Assembly (NCBI GenBank): GCA_046704385.1
Contig: JBJKSB010000021.1
Location: 145,269 to 209,268, forward strand
DNA from: Bacteroidales bacterium
Lineage (GTDB): Bacteria > Bacteroidota > Bacteroidia > Bacteroidales > SZUA-534
DNA: 64,000 nt
Direction: 5' to 3'
A program made the position numbers and the translations under genes. This document shows positions 60,268 through 64,000 of this stretch, piece after piece. Below the pieces are notes generated by a model. The model was given only the letters and a program-made list of their open reading frames with translations. It was not told the DNA's origin and did not search any database. How positions within the stretch are numbered: position 1 is the stretch's first letter; the number at the start of each line of letters is the position of its first letter.

Positions 60268-61908
60268 ATGAAAAAAATAGTTTTAATAAATATTTTCTTT
60301 GCAGCCCTTTTATTTACAGGGTGTGTAAAGGACCTGGATGTTACCCCGAAGGATCCTGATTTAATCCTGTCAGGTAATATTGCCAACAACCCGGTTTATA
60401 TGCAGGAGGTTTTAGGTAAAATTTATGCCAGTTTTATAATACCCGGACAGGGTGGTGGTAGTACTGATGCCGATGGACCTGATATTACAGCCGGAGACCC
60501 AAACTTTTTTACTACCATGCGTGCATTATGGAACCTTCAGGAAATTACTACCGACGAAGCCTTGTGTACCTGGAGCGATGTGGGTATCTATGATTTGAGT
60601 GCCCAGACTTGGACCAGTTCGAATCCATTTTTAACAGCCGTATACCAGCGTTTAAGTCTAAGTATTACATTTGCCAACGATTTTATCGACCAGGCAAAAT
60701 CCAGTTCAATTGAAGGCAAAGCAAGATATATTGCTGAAGCCAGATTTTTAAGAGCACTTGCTTATTGGTGGCAGATGGATTTGTTTGGAAACCCGCCTTA
60801 TACTACTGAAGCGGACGGTGTTGGAATATTTTTCCCGAAACAAATTAACAGGTCTGATTTATTTGATTATGTGGTTTCAGAGTTAAAAGCTATAGAAAAT
60901 GATCTCGGCGACCCGGGTTTTTCTTATCCGGAAGCTGATAAAGGAGCATGTTGGATGTTATTGGCCAAAGTATACCAAAACGCGGAAGTTTATACAGGTG
61001 TTCCTATGTGGCAGGAATGTGAGACTTACTGCGATAAAATTATAAATAGTGGTGCATATAGTCTTAATCCTGATTACAGACAGAATTTCTGCGCTGATAA
61101 TGATTATAACCGCAATAAGGAAATGATTTTTGCCTGGGAGCAAGATGGGAAATATACCTATGAATCAGTAGGTACCACATTTATAATTCAATCTTGCAGT
61201 GATGATAAATATTATCCTGCAGGCCCTAACCATGGTCTTTCAGCAAATGCTAACTGGAACGGTAATCGTATGCGTAAAGATTTCTTAAACAGGGTGATGG
61301 ATACACTGGCTCTTTATGGAAACGCTGGTATTCCGCGTGATGATTCATTCTTTAGAGCAAGCCCTGACAAACGCTTTTATCTTTTCCAAAGACAAAATGT
61401 TGATATTCCATCTATTACACCCGATGCAAATTATTACGGTGTGGGTGTTTATAAATTTACCGGCTATAATCATGACGGATCCGATCCTGATGACTACAGT
61501 CTTCAGTATGCATCAACCGATTACCCGGTTTTTAGATATGCAGATGCTTATTTAACACGTGCTGAGGCCTTATACAGACAAGGCAAAATGGCTGATGCTG
61601 TGAATGACATTAATGTTGTCAGGGAAAGAGCATATGGTGATGCCTCAGGTGATAAAACCGTAGCTGATTTAAATGATGATTTTCTGCTTAATGAACGTGG
61701 CAGGGAGTTCTATTTTGAAGGACAACGGCGTACAGACCTGATTCGTTTTGGGAAATACACCACTGGAGGTGAAGGTGAATACTTGTGGCAATGGAAAGGT
61801 GGAGATTTTAACGGAACCAGTATTGGAAGTTACCGAAATCTATTCCCAATTCCAAGTGAGGAAATTAGTGCGAATCCGAATTTAGTTCAAAACCCTGGTT
61901 ACAACTAA
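60268..61908 (+). CDS. SusD/RagB-family nutrient-binding lipoprotein
   Basis: Lipobox FTGC. TPR-like SusD motifs (ARFLRALAYWWQMDLFGNPPY, YPVFRYADAYLTRAEA, RERGREFYFEGQRR.DLIRF). Follows the SusC-like gene. Confidence 0.93.
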   Translation: MKKIVLINIFFAALLFTGCVKDLDVTPKDPDLILSGNIANNPVYMQEVLGKIYASFIIPGQGGGSTDADGPDITAGDPNFFTTMRALWNLQEITTDEALCTWSDVGIYDLSAQTWTSSNPFLTAVYQRLSLSITFANDFIDQAKSSSIEGKARYIAEARFLRALAYWWQMDLFGNPPYTTEADGVGIFFPKQINRSDLFDYVVSELKAIENDLGDPGFSYPEADKGACWMLLAKVYQNAEVYTGVPMWQECETYCDKIINSGAYSLNPDYRQNFCADNDYNRNKEMIFAWEQDGKYTYESVGTTFIIQSCSDDKYYPAGPNHGLSANANWNGNRMRKDFLNRVMDTLALYGNAGIPRDDSFFRASPDKRFYLFQRQNVDIPSITPDANYYGVGVYKFTGYNHDGSDPDDYSLQYASTDYPVFRYADAYLTRAEALYRQGKMADAVNDINVVRERAYGDASGDKTVADLNDDFLLNERGREFYFEGQRRTDLIRFGKYTTGGEGEYLWQWKGGDFNGTSIGSYRNLFPIPSEEISANPNLVQNPGYN

Positions 61909-61922
61909 AAACAAAAGAAATT

Positions 61923-63089
61923 ATGAAAAAATATCTATTAATTTTAATAACTGCCATTGTAGGTATAGTATGGTCATCGTGCAAAGACGATAAAGAAATA
62001 CTGACCTTAAATAATGATAATGCAGTACCTGCAACCTTACTTACACCGGCTGACGGGTCAGCATTTACTCTGACAGCAGCACAGGGTGCTGATACATTTA
62101 ATGTGTTTTCCTGGACAAAAGCCGAATATGGAATTTCGCTTTCGCAGGAATATTCGCTTCAGTTGGATGTTGACGGAGGGGGTTTTTCAAACCCGGTTGC
62201 AGTAAATGGGCCGGTTGCCCTTATTGTTCAGCAATTCAAACTAACTAATGCAGATTTGAACCTGACTTTATTTGATGCCGGTGCTACGGGTACTGTAGAT
62301 GCAAATTTCAGGGTTAGGACCGTGGTAAGCAATGATGCCGTTGATACTTTATATTCAGCACCAAATAAGGTTTCGATTACCATGTTCGATTATAATAAGC
62401 CCACGCTAACATTACCCGCTTCGGGTTCCAACATCGAACTTTTAAAAACGGATGGTGCAAATGACTTTTCATTTAAATGGGATAGGGTTAATTATGGCGG
62501 TCCATATAATGACAGATATACAATTCAATTTGATCTGCCTGGTAATGATTTCGCTAAGAATCAACAATATGCCAAAGTTTTTGGAGATAATGTTTTTACC
62601 GATTCTGTAGGAGCTTTGAACAAATTTCTAGTTAGCAAACTTAAATTACCAGTAGGGGTTGCAACTACTGTTGAATGCAGGGTGATGGGTATGGCATCTT
62701 CACAAACCGGAACTATTTATAGCGATGTGTCAACGTTTACTATTACCCCATTTGATGCTTCCGCAACTACAGTGTCAGAACCTCCATTATATTTAGTGGG
62801 TGCATTTAACGGCTGGGATAATACAGCTGGCCTCCCCATTGTTTATGATGCCGCAAATAATGTATATACATTGACAACAGATTTTGTTGAGGGAAATGGA
62901 ATGAAAATTCTAAAAACTTCAGGAGCTTGGGCACCGCAATGGGGCGATGACGGATCATTTACGGGTAAACTATCATACCGGCCTGATGAGGCAACTACTG
63001 ATCCTCCGGAGATTCCTTCACCAGGAACCGGTTCATATAAAATGATTGTTGACATCGATAACTTAACATATTCGTTTGAAGCACAATAG
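61923..63089 (+). CDS. SusE/SusF-like outer-membrane lipoprotein (putative starch-binding)
   Basis: Lipobox WSSC. N-terminal SusE-like segment (F.VFSW..AEYG......YSLQLD) and a C-terminal CBM-like segment (LYLVGAFNGWDN...GMKILK..GAWAPQWG). Third position in the PUL. Confidence 0.7.
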   Translation: MKKYLLILITAIVGIVWSSCKDDKEILTLNNDNAVPATLLTPADGSAFTLTAAQGADTFNVFSWTKAEYGISLSQEYSLQLDVDGGGFSNPVAVNGPVALIVQQFKLTNADLNLTLFDAGATGTVDANFRVRTVVSNDAVDTLYSAPNKVSITMFDYNKPTLTLPASGSNIELLKTDGANDFSFKWDRVNYGGPYNDRYTIQFDLPGNDFAKNQQYAKVFGDNVFTDSVGALNKFLVSKLKLPVGVATTVECRVMGMASSQTGTIYSDVSTFTITPFDASATTVSEPPLYLVGAFNGWDNTAGLPIVYDAANNVYTLTTDFVEGNGMKILKTSGAWAPQWGDDGSFTGKLSYRPDEATTDPPEIPSPGTGSYKMIVDIDNLTYSFEAQ

Positions 63090-63112
63090 ATTTAATTATT
63101 ATTAGGATTTCA

Positions 63113-63147
63113 AGGTGATATTCTTTCGGGAATATCACCTTTTTTAT
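63113..63147 (+). terminator. Rho-independent terminator ending the susCDE-like operon
   Basis: AGGTGATATTC-TTTCGG-GAATATCACCT hairpin followed by TTTTTTATT. Confidence 0.85.
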
Positions 63148-63160
63148 TCGTGAGATTCAA

Positions 63161-63227
63161 ATTTCAGTAGTGGAGCGAACTGAAATATGTAAGTCAAAAG
63201 AATCCCGATAGCGAAGCGTATCGGGAT
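63161..63227. repeat. Two further short hairpins of the same style as those at 38.2 and 40.1 kb
   Basis: ATTTCAGT-(10)-ACTGAAAT (63161-86) and ATCCCGATA-GCGAAGCG-TATCGGGAT (63202-27). Confidence 0.5.
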
Positions 63228-63658
63228 AAATGAGTTTAATCCTCCGATGCTTGCATCAATTGAAATTAATTTTTAAAGTTAGCGAAACCTGACTTATCAT
63301 AAGACAGTTACCCCGTAGACTTACTTCCTGGATTTTCAACTTTAAAAATATTCTTAATGGAGAGTTCATTTAGATTAATAATGCCAAAATTTCCAGACCG
63401 GTTATATTGTTAAGCGTTAGATATTGAAAGTTTTTAATCAGAAAAGAAGTTTAGGAACTACATATTGTTAAATAGAGCAATTTTGAACCAATTCAGTAAT
63501 TTATATGGTAGTTGACAGTTATAATTATAGAAATTTTATAAGTGCCATTAAATCAATGCATAAATGTTGAATGAATTATCATACTTAGATAAAATGTAAG
63601 ATTGTAAAACATCCCATTTTATAAAAAATGCAATTAAAACATGCTTTACAACAACTTC

Positions 63659-63681
63659 AAACGGTTGCGGAAACGATTGCG
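63659..63681 (+). promoter_or_regulatory. Second tandem copy of the 11-bp repeat (AAACGGTTGCG-GAAACGATTGCG); candidate operator
   Basis: Matches the 57133 site at 20 of 22 positions. Lies ~265 nt upstream of the next gene (ATG at 63944). Confidence 0.5.
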
Positions 63682-63943
63682 GCTTAATAGTACTGATTTA
63701 CCTGTTTCTTTTAAGCCAGGGTATTGGTATTTTTGTATTGCGATATTATCCAGAGAAATACGATCAATTTATTTGATGCAAAACAGATTTAAAAGATTTG
63801 TTATTCGTGATTAAATATTTTGAGATGCATTGATTTTATTGGTAATCGTAAAAATATTTTAGGAGATAAAAACAAAATGATCAGGCTGGTTGTTATACAG
63901 TTTAGCCTAATTATATTATTTACAATTTAAAACTTAACTAATT

Positions 63944-64000
63944 ATGAGTAAAAAACTATTCTCTGCTGGCGTTCTTGCCCTGCTCTTGTTTAGTTTTGCA
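63944..64000 (+). CDS. 5' end of a secreted or lipoprotein gene running off the right edge (MSKKLFSAGVLALLLFSFA...)
   Basis: ATG followed by a signal-peptide-like hydrophobic stretch. Its position after the shared operator motif suggests another member of the starch regulon. Only 19 codons are visible. Confidence 0.4.
   Translation, partial: MSKKLFSAGVLALLLFSFA

Noticed and set aside
63888-63941. 17-codon hydrophobic sORF (MIRLVVIQFSLIILFTI) preceded by AGGAG, just upstream of the last gene.
   Set aside because: It is very short, the SD-like match is only 5 nt at a long 13-nt spacing, and SDs are generally not used in this phylum. It is plausibly chance and would need ribosome profiling.
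1-64000. CRISPR arrays, tRNA/tmRNA/rRNA genes, transposases, integrases, phage genes, and toxin-antitoxin or known defence systems.
   Set aside because: I saw no regularly spaced direct repeats and no GGTTCGAATCC-type T-arm contexts. No ORF had transposase, recombinase, RT, nuclease-helicase or other defence signatures. The absence is by eye only; tRNAscan-SE, minCED and DefenseFinder would confirm it.

Overview
This is a chromosomal window from an AT-rich member of the Bacteroidota. The evidence is two SusC/SusD-type or TonB-receptor loci, a T9SS C-terminal sorting domain, ECF sigma/FecR/TonB-transducer modules, recurrent TAnnTTTG -7 promoter boxes 30-80 nt upstream of start codons, and almost no Shine-Dalgarno sequences. 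Most of the window is ordinary, densely packed housekeeping DNA: rpsO, rpsP-rimM, coaD, pyrE, birA, rsfS-ftsH-cdsA-psd, dnaE, trxA, tdk and rsmI. Two-component and ECF regulators are interspersed. The right end (49.7-63.1 kb) is a classical maltodextrin/starch utilisation locus: GH13, GH65 maltose phosphorylase, pgmB, an MFS sugar transporter, a LacI regulator and SusC/SusD/SusE-like genes. It carries a shared tandem 11-bp repeat that is a candidate operator. The only stretch that looks accessory is 38.2-45.8 kb. There a saccharopine-dehydrogenase-family gene is bracketed by ORF-free DNA full of short GC-rich hairpins. This includes a 1.26-kb gap (39841-41098) that holds several separate signals. 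They are a ~160-nt multi-helix GC island (candidate structured RNA), a 149-nt element closed by a two-part inverted repeat, a bipartite 23-bp direct repeat, a 16-bp perfect palindrome, a 14-nt perfect complement to the 16S rRNA 3' tail, and a T11 tract inside a promoter spacer. Downstream of the gap lie an uncharacterised secreted Cys/Trp-rich protein, a TonB-dependent receptor and a DUF4249-like lipoprotein. I found no CRISPR array, tRNA, rRNA, transposase, integrase or recognisable defence gene. I cannot name a function for the 39.8-42.3 kb region. It is my best candidate for something undescribed, but it could equally be a patch of REP/MITE-like repeats.
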